A stretch of DNA of 64,000 bases. Origin: SAR202 cluster bacterium bin16 (GTDB taxonomy: Bacteria > Chloroflexota > Dehalococcoidia > Lucifugimonadales > Australimonadaceae). The position numbers and the translations under genes were made by a program. Numbering within the stretch: the first letter of the stretch is position 1; each line of letters opens with the position of its first letter. Of the stretch, positions 19,072-28,201 are shown piece by piece. Location of the stretch: the NCBI GenBank assembly GCA_002238425.1, contig MPMJ01000009.1, positions 20,209 to 84,208 on the forward strand, written 5' to 3'. The notes under the pieces are model-generated. The model did not search any database. It saw only the letters and a program-made list of their open reading frames with translations, and was not told the origin of the DNA.

Positions 19072-19709
19072 CGACATCCAACGCCAATGGCGCAACAACC
19101 TCACGCAGCCGCTTCACGTCCATAGAGTTCATCGGCGAGGTCATCCTCCTCGTCGCAGTCGCTGCGTTCTTCGTCTACATGTACCTGGACTCCGTGCCGC
19201 CGGACGCCGATGCACTGGGGTGGCTGCCATGGCGGCTGGAGTGGGACAACGGCGGATGGCTGCTGCCACGGATCGCGGTCCTGTTCGGAACGCCCTTCTG
19301 GTTCTGGCGCGCTTACCTGCTCTTCAAAGCGGGGGCTTCCAGCACGACCGGCCAGATCATGGACACCGGCTTCCTAGAGACTGACGACGACCCAATGATG
19401 GTCCTGCGGCGCTGGGTCCAGCTGATCGGCACAACGGGCGCGCTGCTCATAGGCCTCTGGGTATTCGGCTTCCACATCGCCGTGCCTGCGTACACCATCC
19501 TCTACCTCATCATCTTCGGGAAGGTGAAGTGGTACTGGACACTCATCCCGGCGGTGTTCTTCGAGATCATCATCATCGGCATCTACGGCTACATCCTGCT
19601 CTCAGAGTGGGGCACGCCGGTTGCGCGCGATTGGCCCGTCATCGGTTCCATATGGGACGCCGCCATCAACGTCTGGCACAACTTCTACGAGGCCAACCTC
19701 GAGTCGTAG
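19068..19709 (+). CDS. tctB: TTT-family small membrane subunit (TctB-like)
   Basis: ATGA overlap with tctA. Several hydrophobic segments. Alignable by eye to the C-terminal 190 aa of the fused protein 57940..60054 (W.LIPA.F region). Confidence 0.6.
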   Translation: MTTSNANGATTSRSRFTSIEFIGEVILLVAVAAFFVYMYLDSVPPDADALGWLPWRLEWDNGGWLLPRIAVLFGTPFWFWRAYLLFKAGASSTTGQIMDTGFLETDDDPMMVLRRWVQLIGTTGALLIGLWVFGFHIAVPAYTILYLIIFGKVKWYWTLIPAVFFEIIIIGIYGYILLSEWGTPVARDWPVIGSIWDAAINVWHNFYEANLES

Positions 19710-19814
19710 TGCACCTTGAGAACAGGGTGTTATATGTCGCTGCTGGACGGGAGTAGTACAATCGGCGGCAGCAAGTCACCGTCCTGAGAACAACGCACAC
19801 AGGAGGAGCAAGCC

Positions 19815-21083
19815 ATGCTTTCCAGGGAGAACAACGAACTCATCACTCGAGTGGGTCCCGGTACGCCGATGGGCGATGCCATGCGGCGTTACTGGATACC
19901 CACGCTCATGGACTTCGAACTGCCGGAACCCGACTGCGACCCCGTGCGCGTGCGGCTCCTCGGTGAAGACCTCGTCGCGTTCCGCGACTCCAAGGGACGC
20001 GTTGGCCTCTTGCCGGACGCTTGCCCTCACCGCCGCGTGAGCCTCTACTTCGGCAGGAACGAAGAGGAAGGCCTGCGCTGCGTCTATCACGGCTGGAAGT
20101 TCGACGTGGACGGCGTCTGCGTGGACCAACCGAACGAGCCGGAACAGAGCAACTTCAAGCACAAAGTGAAGACGCGGGCATACAAGACGTGGGAAGGCGG
20201 CAACGTCGTCTGGGCCTACCTTGGCCCGTCCGACGAGGTCCCTCCCCCACCCGCGTTCGAGTGGACGACCGTGCCGGACTCGCACCGCGGCGTCACCAAA
20301 CTCATCCAGACGTGCAACTGGGTGCAGGCCGTCGAGGGCGGCATCGACACCTCTCACTCGTCCTTCCTGCACAACAACGACCTCTCCGACAAGACGTTGC
20401 TCCGCTCACGCTCCACCGCCCCGTACCTGGAGGTCGAGCAGACCAACTACGGCTACACCTACAGCTCCGTACGCCCGCTATCGAAGGATGAGGGCAACTA
20501 CGTTCGCACGTACCACTACGTGCTCCCCTTCCACCAGCTGCGCGCTGGTCAGGTGGGCCGCAGTGGCGAGCCGGTGCAACCGCGCAGTTCCGGCCACTGC
20601 TGGGTGCCCATAGACGACGAGAACACCATGGTCTTCAACTGGACGTTCACCTGGGACGAGAACCCGCTGAACGACAAGGACAGGCGGCTCGCCGGCACCG
20701 GCAACGAGTGGGACGTCGACATTGACCGCACCACCTTCCGCACGGTGCGCAACAAGGAGAACGACTGGAAGCTCGACCGGCAGATGCAGCGCACGGAGAA
20801 TTTCACCGGCATCGTCGGCGTCAACACCCAGGACCGCGCCCTGCAGGAGACGATGGGCACCATCGCGGACCGCAGCCAGGAGCACCTCGGCACGAGCGAC
20901 CGCGCCATCATCGCGATGCGCAAGCTGCTTCAGGAGGCGATCCGGGTGAACGCAGACGGTGGCGCGCCGCGCGGCAGCCAAAATGAGTTCGTAGCCATCC
21001 GGGCCATCGACCGCATCCTGCCCGCCGACCAGCCATGGTCCGTGCTCAAGCCGGAGATGTACCCCGCGACAGCCGGACGCTAA
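19815..21083 (+). CDS. Rieske non-heme iron oxygenase alpha subunit, phthalate-type (CPHR subgroup)
   Basis: CPHRRVSLYFGRNEEEGLRCVYHGW. NWVQAVEGGIDTSHSSFLH. AGGAGGAG RBS. Closest in-window paralog is 39366..40733. Confidence 0.9.
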   Translation: MLSRENNELITRVGPGTPMGDAMRRYWIPTLMDFELPEPDCDPVRVRLLGEDLVAFRDSKGRVGLLPDACPHRRVSLYFGRNEEEGLRCVYHGWKFDVDGVCVDQPNEPEQSNFKHKVKTRAYKTWEGGNVVWAYLGPSDEVPPPPAFEWTTVPDSHRGVTKLIQTCNWVQAVEGGIDTSHSSFLHNNDLSDKTLLRSRSTAPYLEVEQTNYGYTYSSVRPLSKDEGNYVRTYHYVLPFHQLRAGQVGRSGEPVQPRSSGHCWVPIDDENTMVFNWTFTWDENPLNDKDRRLAGTGNEWDVDIDRTTFRTVRNKENDWKLDRQMQRTENFTGIVGVNTQDRALQETMGTIADRSQEHLGTSDRAIIAMRKLLQEAIRVNADGGAPRGSQNEFVAIRAIDRILPADQPWSVLKPEMYPATAGR

Positions 21084-21115
21084 GCAGCCGCACAACAGAC
21101 GGCACAAGACTGACG

Positions 21116-21151
21116 CATACGGCAGGGCTCGACGATGAGCCCTGCCGTATG
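21116..21151 (+). terminator. rho-independent-type terminator after the Rieske gene
   Basis: Perfect 15-bp stem CATACGGCAGGGCTC/GAGCCCTGCCGTATG with a 6-nt loop, followed by TTATGTT. Confidence 0.65.
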
Positions 21152-21158
21152 TTATGTT

Positions 21159-21218
21159 CCGTACAGTTGATGCCGTACGTATCCGTACGGCGCAGGAGGT
21201 ACGGCAATGACTGTACGG
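21159..21218 (+). promoter_or_regulatory. cluster of CCGTAC/GTACGG motifs around the vapB start (candidate antitoxin operator)
   Basis: Five GTAC-core copies at 21159, 21173, 21183 (the palindrome CCGTACGG), 21199 and 21213, all within 60 bp. Confidence 0.4.
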
Positions 21219-21455
21219 CTCGAAGTGCGTCTCGACAAGAAGCGCCGTGCGCAACTCGAAGAGATCGCGGGGATGCAAGGCGCATCGATATCAGAAGTAG
21301 TGCGGGTCCTCATAGACGACGCCTACGAGGCGATGATTCAAGAAGATCGGCGCCGCGCCGTTCAGGAACTCACTAACCTCCGGGGAGAAGCCATGCCCGA
21401 CCCAGAGGAACTCTCACGCCAGTTGGCATCCGCCCATGAACCAGGAGGCATCTAA
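21207..21455 (+). CDS. vapB: RHH-type antitoxin (VapB-like)
   Basis: 82 aa. MTVRLEVRLDKKRRAQLEEIA...SISEVVRVLIDDAY is an RHH pattern. AGGAGG RBS. Overlaps the PIN gene by 20 nt. Confidence 0.7.
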   Translation: MTVRLEVRLDKKRRAQLEEIAGMQGASISEVVRVLIDDAYEAMIQEDRRRAVQELTNLRGEAMPDPEELSRQLASAHEPGGI

Positions 21456-21897
21456 TCCGAGGGCGTTCGTCGACGCCAATATTCCCATGTACACAGCGGG
21501 CAGTGAGCATCCGCTCCGTGCTCCATGCGCTCGCGTCATGGGCATCATTGCAGCGCATCCGAGTAGATTCGTCACGGATGCCGAAGTCTTTCAGGAGATC
21601 ATCCACCGTTATGTAGCTGAAAGGCGCTGGCCCCTGGGGAGAGAAGTGTTCAACAGGTTCGCCCGGGCGATGCAACGGTACATCGAACCGGTCTACGTGC
21701 AGGACGTTCTCGATGCAGCAGCGCTCGCTGACGACCACCCAGGCATCAACGCCCGCGACCTCGTACACGCCGCGGTCACGCTGCGGCTCGGCGCATCGCA
21801 CATCGTCTCAACCGACACGGACTTCGACCGCCTGCCGGTGATCACCCGGCTGGCCCCCGAACGCATCGATGAATGGGCGGATGCCTTCATGGCGTAA
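21436..21897 (+). CDS. vapC: PIN-domain toxin (VapC-like)
   Basis: AFVDANIPMY... and ...STDTDFDRL supply the acidic PIN residues. Typical size and position for a type II toxin. Confidence 0.8.
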   Translation: MNQEASNPRAFVDANIPMYTAGSEHPLRAPCARVMGIIAAHPSRFVTDAEVFQEIIHRYVAERRWPLGREVFNRFARAMQRYIEPVYVQDVLDAAALADDHPGINARDLVHAAVTLRLGASHIVSTDTDFDRLPVITRLAPERIDEWADAFMA

Positions 21898-21910
21898 GGG
21901 GGTGCAGCAT

Positions 21911-23182
21911 TTACCCCTTCGTCACCGGTTTGGCAAGCGCGAACGCAACGAACGCGATCCCGAATACGCCCGCGAATATGGTGAACGACAGGTCGTAGCT
22001 GCCCGTGATGTCCTTGACTATTCCTGCGAGTATGGGCCCCACCATGCTTACTCCCGCCATGATGGGCGCCGCGAAGCCCCGTATTGTCCCGAAAGACCTG
22101 CGCCCGAAGTAGTTCGCGAACATCATCCGGCTCACCACCGTCCAAACACCCAGTGCGGACCCGAAGGCGACGCTGAACGCCACTGCTGTTGGGAACGAAT
22201 CGACCGCTACCGCCAGCACCATCGCCGTGAGGTAGAAGAGCACTGACGTGAGCGCCAGGTAGCGCGTGTGCACACGCTCCATCAGCAGCCCCCAGCCGAA
22301 CACGGAGAGCGCCGCCGCTGTCAGGTAGATCGTCACCGCCATTGCCGCCGAAAACTGTGACAGACCCTTGTCCTGCAGGCTCACATTGATGTGCAGGTTC
22401 GTCGCGTTCACCGCCAGCACCACGGCGGCCTGCGCCACGATGAGAGCCCACAGCGTCACCGTCCGCTTCGCCTCCGCCAGGCTCCACAACTCCTCACCGG
22501 CGTCCTCTGACACTTCCCCGACCTGTACGTCGTGCGTGGGCTGGCGTCCGTCCGGCAGCAGTCCGTAGTCTTCGGGCCTGCGGCGCATGTATGCGGCGCT
22601 CGGCAGCACGAGCGCGAGAAAGGCGAATCCCGCAAGCGCCAGCCACGCCTCGCGCCAGCCGAACCAGGTCATGACCGCCACTATCGGAAGCGGCATGAGG
22701 AACTGTCCCGTCCGCTGCCCTACGCCCAACAGACCCACGACGCGGCCCCGCTTCCGTACGAACCAGGACGCCAGCGCAACCATCGTTCCCAACTGCGCGC
22801 CAGCCGCCGCCGTACCGCGCGCCAGCCCGAAGAACCCCCAGAAGTGCCACACCTGCGTCATCGCAGCGAGGCCCACCATGCAGCCCACGATGATCATCCC
22901 CGCAGCAACCGTAACGCCGCGCGCACCGCGCCTGTCGAGTATCCGCCCCACCCATACCGAGGAGATGCCCCCCAGTCCAGACCCGAGCGCGAAACCGATG
23001 CTGATGGACGTTGCGGACCAGCCCAACTCGTCCTGCATAGGGCGGACGAACACGCCAACGATAGGCCCCTGCATCGGGACGCTTGCTGCCGCGTTCAGCA
23101 TGCTCGCGGTCATGATGGCCCAGCCGTAGTAGGCGCGGGGGAACGGCCAGAAGCGGGATATGCGGGGCTGCTGCATCGCCAT
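21911..23182 (-). CDS. MFS transporter
   Basis: Track ORF trimmed to ATG 23182 (MAMQQPRISRFWPF...). About 12 hydrophobic segments. The longer N-terminus would overlap the divergent ACAD gene. Confidence 0.8.
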   Translation of the reverse strand: MAMQQPRISRFWPFPRAYYGWAIMTASMLNAAASVPMQGPIVGVFVRPMQDELGWSATSISIGFALGSGLGGISSVWVGRILDRRGARGVTVAAGMIIVGCMVGLAAMTQVWHFWGFFGLARGTAAAGAQLGTMVALASWFVRKRGRVVGLLGVGQRTGQFLMPLPIVAVMTWFGWREAWLALAGFAFLALVLPSAAYMRRRPEDYGLLPDGRQPTHDVQVGEVSEDAGEELWSLAEAKRTVTLWALIVAQAAVVLAVNATNLHINVSLQDKGLSQFSAAMAVTIYLTAAALSVFGWGLLMERVHTRYLALTSVLFYLTAMVLAVAVDSFPTAVAFSVAFGSALGVWTVVSRMMFANYFGRRSFGTIRGFAAPIMAGVSMVGPILAGIVKDITGSYDLSFTIFAGVFGIAFVAFALAKPVTKG

Positions 23183-23270
23183 GGGAGTGCATGCAACCCT
23201 ACCACCCACGCGCAGCTCACGCCCGCGAACGGCTATACTCCCCACGCTCACCCTCCCTTCCGAGGCGCTC

Positions 23271-24446
23271 ATGCAACTGTCAGAAGACCAGCTAACGCTC
23301 GTCGCCACCGTCCGCGATTTCGTGAAGCGCGAGGTCATGCCTGCCGCGACCGAGCTCGAGCTTGCCGACGAGTACCCCCACGCACTCGTGGCGCAGATGC
23401 GCGAACTCGGCTTCTTCGGCGCGACCATTCCGGAGGAGTACGGCGGCAGCGGCGTGGGCGCAGAGACCTACGCGCTGCTCATCGAAGAGCTGTCCAAGGG
23501 CTGGATGAGCCTCACCGGCGTCCTGAACACCCATCTGCTCGTCGCCCACATGATCGACACCTTCGGCACGCCGGACCAGAAGGAACGCTTCCTGCCCGCC
23601 ATGGCGCAGGGCGAACGGCGCGCCGCCCTGTGCATCACTGAACCGGACGCAGGAACGGACGTGGCCGCGGTCAAGACGAGCGCCGTCCGGGACGGCGACG
23701 ACTACGCGGTGAACGGGCGCAAGATGTTCATCACCAACGGCCGATACGGCAGCATCTACGCCATCGTCTGCAAGACCGATCTGCACGCCGATCCGCCGCA
23801 CCGCGGCATCAGCATCCTCCTCGGCGAGAAGGGCCCCGGCCTCGACGTGGTGCGCGACATCCCCAAGCTCGGCTATCGCGGCGTCGAGACCACGGAGATT
23901 GCGTTCGAGGACTACCGGACGCCCGCAACGAACCTGCTCGGCGGGACGGAGGGTGAAGGATTCCGGCACGTGATGGGCGGGCTGGAGCTGGGGCGCATCA
24001 ACGTCGCGGCGAGGTCGGTCGGTGTGGCGCGCGCCGCGCTCGAGGCCGCGATGCAGTATGCACAGCAGCGGCAGACGTTCGGCAAGCCCATCGCGGAGCA
24101 CCAGGCGATACAGCAGAAGCTGGCGGACATGGCAACGCAGGTGAAGGCCGCGCACCTGCTGGTGATGGACGCCGCCCGCAAGAAGGACCTCGGCCAGCGC
24201 GTTGACCTCGAAGCGGGCATGGCCAAGCTCTTCGCCAGCGAAACGTGCCTGAACGTCGCGATCGAGGCGATGCGCATCCATGGCGGCGTCGGCTACACGC
24301 AGGACCTCCCCATCGAGCGCTACTTCCGCGACGCCCCGCTCATGATCATCGGCGAGGGCACGAACGAGATACAGCGGCAGGTCATCGCACGGAACCTGCT
24401 CCGCAACTACTCCTCCGGCGACTTCCTCTTCGAGGCCGGCCTGTGA
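23271..24446 (+). CDS. acyl-CoA dehydrogenase family protein
   Basis: Trimmed to ATG 23271. EEYGGSG, CITEPDAGTDV and IGEGTNEIQRQVIAR are ACAD hallmarks. Confidence 0.9.
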   Translation: MQLSEDQLTLVATVRDFVKREVMPAATELELADEYPHALVAQMRELGFFGATIPEEYGGSGVGAETYALLIEELSKGWMSLTGVLNTHLLVAHMIDTFGTPDQKERFLPAMAQGERRAALCITEPDAGTDVAAVKTSAVRDGDDYAVNGRKMFITNGRYGSIYAIVCKTDLHADPPHRGISILLGEKGPGLDVVRDIPKLGYRGVETTEIAFEDYRTPATNLLGGTEGEGFRHVMGGLELGRINVAARSVGVARAALEAAMQYAQQRQTFGKPIAEHQAIQQKLADMATQVKAAHLLVMDAARKKDLGQRVDLEAGMAKLFASETCLNVAIEAMRIHGGVGYTQDLPIERYFRDAPLMIIGEGTNEIQRQVIARNLLRNYSSGDFLFEAGL

Positions 24447-24448
24447 GC

Positions 24449-25645
24449 ATGCCGCTGGAAGACGTCCGCATCCTCGAGCTCACCTCAGTGCTCGGCGGAC
24501 CGCTCGCGGGGCGGCTGCTCGCCGACCTCGGCGCGGACGTGATCAAGGTCGAGCAGCCCGGCTCCGGCGACGCTTCCCGTAAACTCGGCCCTTACTTCCT
24601 GAACGGCGAGAGCGCCTATTTCCTCGGCTTCAACCGCAATAAGCGCAGCGTTACGCTCAACCTGCAGACCGACCTTGGACGCGAGGCGTTCTACGCGATG
24701 GCGGCGAAGGCGGACGTGGTGCTGGACAACTTCCGTCCCGGCGTCCTGGAACGGCTGCGGATCGACCACGAGACGCTCAAGAAGGTCAACCCGTCCATAA
24801 TCTCCGCATCGCTCTCCGGTTTCGGGCAGGACGGCCCCTACTCCGGGCGTCCCGCGTTCGACGGCGTCGTGCAGGCGCTCGGCGGGGCGATGAGCGTGAC
24901 CGGCAACCCCGGCGACGACCCTGTCTACATGGGGTTCCCGATGGGCGACGTGGGCGGCGGCTGGGGACTCGCGTTCGGGGTGCTCACCGCGCTCCACGAA
25001 CGTGCGAGGACGGGCGAAGGCAAGCGCGTGGACGTGAGCATGCTGGACATGCAGGTCTCATTCCAGGCACACCTCGCCGCGTTCTATCTCGCATCCGGCG
25101 TCACGCCGCAGCCCATCGGCTCCGGCCACCCCAGCAACATCCCGGCCAAGGCGTTCCGCAGCAGCGACGACAAATGGGTGCAGATCCACTGCAGCACGGA
25201 GCCGTTCTGGTTCAAGACAGCCGACATGATGGCCGCGACCGTCCCCGGCTACGAGTCGCTGCCGGACGACGCCCGCTTCAAGACTGCCGAGGGACGCATG
25301 AAGCACCGCGGTGAATTGGAGGACCTGCTCGCCGAGGCCGTCCGTCAGAAGACGCAGGAGGAGTGGCGGTGCCTGTTCGCCGAGTGGGATGTTCCCGGGG
25401 CGCCCATCAACGACATCGCCGACGTCTACGAGGACCCGCAGGTGCTGCACCGCAACATGCTCGTGGAGATAGACCACCCCACGGCGGGGCGCATACGCAC
25501 CGGCGGCAACCCCATCAAGACAGGTCACGAGGAGCGTTTCACACCCCCGCCAACGCTCGGACAGCACACCGTCGAGGTGCTGCGGGAGATCGCAGGCTAC
25601 ACGGACGCGCAGCTGGACGCCCTACGGGCCGCACAAGCGGTCTAG
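24449..25645 (+). CDS. family III CoA-transferase (CaiB/BaiF family)
   Basis: Trimmed to ATG 24449, 2 nt after the ACAD stop. VRILELTSVLGGPLAGRLLADLGADVIKVEQPGSGD is the family signature. Confidence 0.9.
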   Translation: MPLEDVRILELTSVLGGPLAGRLLADLGADVIKVEQPGSGDASRKLGPYFLNGESAYFLGFNRNKRSVTLNLQTDLGREAFYAMAAKADVVLDNFRPGVLERLRIDHETLKKVNPSIISASLSGFGQDGPYSGRPAFDGVVQALGGAMSVTGNPGDDPVYMGFPMGDVGGGWGLAFGVLTALHERARTGEGKRVDVSMLDMQVSFQAHLAAFYLASGVTPQPIGSGHPSNIPAKAFRSSDDKWVQIHCSTEPFWFKTADMMAATVPGYESLPDDARFKTAEGRMKHRGELEDLLAEAVRQKTQEEWRCLFAEWDVPGAPINDIADVYEDPQVLHRNMLVEIDHPTAGRIRTGGNPIKTGHEERFTPPPTLGQHTVEVLREIAGYTDAQLDALRAAQAV

Positions 25646-25660
25646 GGTCAGCACGGCGTC

Positions 25661-26923
25661 ATGCAGACCCAACAATCGCCGGCTCCCGACATCGCCCGGC
25701 TCGCCGTCCCCATCGCCCTCATCTTCTTCATGTGGGGCTTCGGCACCGGCGCACTGTGGGTGGCGCGTCCCCTCTTCGCCCTTGCGCTGGGCGGGACGCT
25801 GCTGCAGGTCGGCCTCATCTCGTCCCTGAGCGCGATGCCCCGGCTCATCTCCGGCCCTATCGCCGGCCTCCTCTCCGACCGCTGGGGCAGGCGCCCCATG
25901 CTCATCCTGGGCGCGGTCGGGCACGGTTTGATCCTCGTCGGTCAATTCGCAACCACCAACTACGTGCACTACGCCCTGCTCGAAGCGCTGGCGGGCATCA
26001 CCATCGCTATCTGGACGATCAGCTCAAGCGTCCTGATAGCGGACCTTACGAAGATAGCGAACCGCGGGCGCACCGTCGCGTTCCGCGACACGGCGATGCG
26101 GATGGGGATGCTGGCGGGGCCCCTCGTCGGCGGGTTCATCGCCGCGCAGTTCGAGTTGCGGTGGGTGTTCATCTTCATCGCGTCCACCAAGGTCGTCGCC
26201 ATCTTCGTCGTGCTGTTCCTCATCCCTGAGACGAAGCCCGCTCGCGCTCCACGCGAGCCCGACCGGCGTCCGGGCGAGGCGCGGGTCAGCAGAGGCGGCA
26301 TCCCATGGGCGATATTCGGTACGAGGTCGTTCATCGCGGTCGCCGCGGCCACAATCTGCTTCGGCATGATAGGGCTGGGACCCGGCATCTTCCGCACGTA
26401 CTATCCCATCCACGCACAGGAGACGCTGATGCTCTCCCCGGACGTTATCGGCAACCTCGTTGCCATGGGCGGCGTGCTGACGATGCTCGCGGCAGCGCCC
26501 ACCGGCTTCGCGGTCGACCGCTTTGGACGCAAGTGGCCGCTAGCGTTCGGGCTCGTCCTGCTGGGCGCCTCTGTCTACCTGCTCGGAGCGTCGACGGCCT
26601 TCATCGGCATTGCCGTGGCCTTCGCCGTTTTCGCCATCGCGGAGGGGATGAACACCAACACCAACCAGACGTATGCGATGGACCTCGCGCCGACAGAGCA
26701 GCGCGGGGTCTTCCTGAGTGCATTCCACATGGCGACGAGCACAGGGATGATGATTGGGCCGTTAGTCGCGGGGCTGCTGGCCGGACGCCTCGGTCTGGAG
26801 AGCACGCTCTTCATCTTCGTGGGCGTCGCCGGAGGATGCGCGTTGCTGTTCGTCGTTCTCGCTCAGGAAACCCTGCGGAGGGAACCGGCGCAAGGTCCAG
26901 CCACGACGCGTTCAGGTTCGTAG
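25661..26923 (+). CDS. MFS transporter
   Basis: 420 aa, about 12 TM segments, with an MFS loop motif LSDRWGRRPM. Confidence 0.85.
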   Translation: MQTQQSPAPDIARLAVPIALIFFMWGFGTGALWVARPLFALALGGTLLQVGLISSLSAMPRLISGPIAGLLSDRWGRRPMLILGAVGHGLILVGQFATTNYVHYALLEALAGITIAIWTISSSVLIADLTKIANRGRTVAFRDTAMRMGMLAGPLVGGFIAAQFELRWVFIFIASTKVVAIFVVLFLIPETKPARAPREPDRRPGEARVSRGGIPWAIFGTRSFIAVAAATICFGMIGLGPGIFRTYYPIHAQETLMLSPDVIGNLVAMGGVLTMLAAAPTGFAVDRFGRKWPLAFGLVLLGASVYLLGASTAFIGIAVAFAVFAIAEGMNTNTNQTYAMDLAPTEQRGVFLSAFHMATSTGMMIGPLVAGLLAGRLGLESTLFIFVGVAGGCALLFVVLAQETLRREPAQGPATTRSGS

Positions 26924-26929
26924 GCAGCC

Positions 26930-28051
26930 CTACCGTACAGTGACGTAGCCGCCCGGCACGCCACGCTTCGCCAGGACGATCTGCCACAGCTGGATGTTGC
27001 GCGCCCGGAACCCGCCCGCACACGAGAGCAGGTAGAACTTCCACATGCGGTAGAAGCGCTCGGTGTAGCGCTCCTTCAAGGAGTCCCAGTTGCTGCGGAA
27101 CTTCTCGTACCACGCCACCAGCGTCTTGTCGTAGTCCGCACCGAAGTTGTGCCAGTCCTCCACCACGAACAGCCCCTCGATCGCCCCGCCTATCTGGGAG
27201 ACCGACGGCAGCACACCATTCATGAAGATGTACTTGTCCATCCACGGGTCTATCGCGTTCGTGGACTTGTTGCCGCCTATCGTGTGCAGCAGGAAGAAAC
27301 CGCCGTCTTCCAACAGACGCTCCGCTGTCTCGAAGTACGCACGGTAGTTCTTCGGCCCCACGTGCTCGAACATCCCCATCGAAACGACATGGTCGAATGT
27401 TCCCGTCGCGTCGCGGTAGTCCTTCAGCATCCCTGTGACCGGCAGGTGGCCGTAGCGCTCGGCGATGTAGTTCACCTGTTCCTCAGAGATAGTGACGCCG
27501 GAGCACGTCGCGCCGTACTTCTCTGCTGCGAACCCCATGAACGCCCCCCAGCCGCAGCCGATGTCAAACACCGACTGTCCAGCCTGCAGCCCGATCTTGC
27601 GGCAGATCAGGTCGAGCTTCGCGTCCTGTGCGGCGTCGAGGTCGGTCGCTTCCTTCCAATAGCCGCAACTGCCCGTGAGGCGCGAGTCGAACGTCGCGGC
27701 GAAGAGGTCGTTGCCGAGGTTGTAGTGCTGGTCGCCCACGTCCCACGCGCGCTTCTTGCTCTGGCGGTTCATCCACCGAGCGGCCAGGGCAAGTCTCGCA
27801 GTGTTGAAGTTCCTCCCGAGGTTGTGCTGCGCGCCCGAGCCGAGGATGCGCGCCATCGTCTCGTCCAGCTGCTCGGAGTCCCACCAGCCATCCATGTACG
27901 ATTCACCGAACCCGAGTGTGCCCTCCGCGAACACACGTGCGAACAGCCGCTCGTCGTGCACCTGGATGTCCCACGGTTCCGAGCCGTTTATCGCCACCTC
28001 CGCCGGTGCGAGGAGGCGCTCTGCTTGCTCTCTGAACTTCGCATTCGCCAT
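26930..28051 (-). CDS. cyclopropane-fatty-acyl-phospholipid synthase-like SAM methyltransferase
   Basis: Trimmed to ATG 28051 (MANAKFREQAERLL...). LGFGESYMDGWWD and the SAM motif VFDIGCGWG. Confidence 0.85.
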   Translation of the reverse strand: MANAKFREQAERLLAPAEVAINGSEPWDIQVHDERLFARVFAEGTLGFGESYMDGWWDSEQLDETMARILGSGAQHNLGRNFNTARLALAARWMNRQSKKRAWDVGDQHYNLGNDLFAATFDSRLTGSCGYWKEATDLDAAQDAKLDLICRKIGLQAGQSVFDIGCGWGAFMGFAAEKYGATCSGVTISEEQVNYIAERYGHLPVTGMLKDYRDATGTFDHVVSMGMFEHVGPKNYRAYFETAERLLEDGGFFLLHTIGGNKSTNAIDPWMDKYIFMNGVLPSVSQIGGAIEGLFVVEDWHNFGADYDKTLVAWYEKFRSNWDSLKERYTERFYRMWKFYLLSCAGGFRARNIQLWQIVLAKRGVPGGYVTVR

Positions 28052-28201
28052 GTGGGTCGCAACCCTCCTTACCCCCCTGTCGGCGAGAGAGTATAGCGCG
28101 CCGCGCAATGGTATGCGTACGTGGAGAATTCCTCTTTGTGTGACAGGGTTACGCACAGGCGTATACTCACGAATGTACTCGTGCTGCAAGAGGAGGGGAT
28201 C

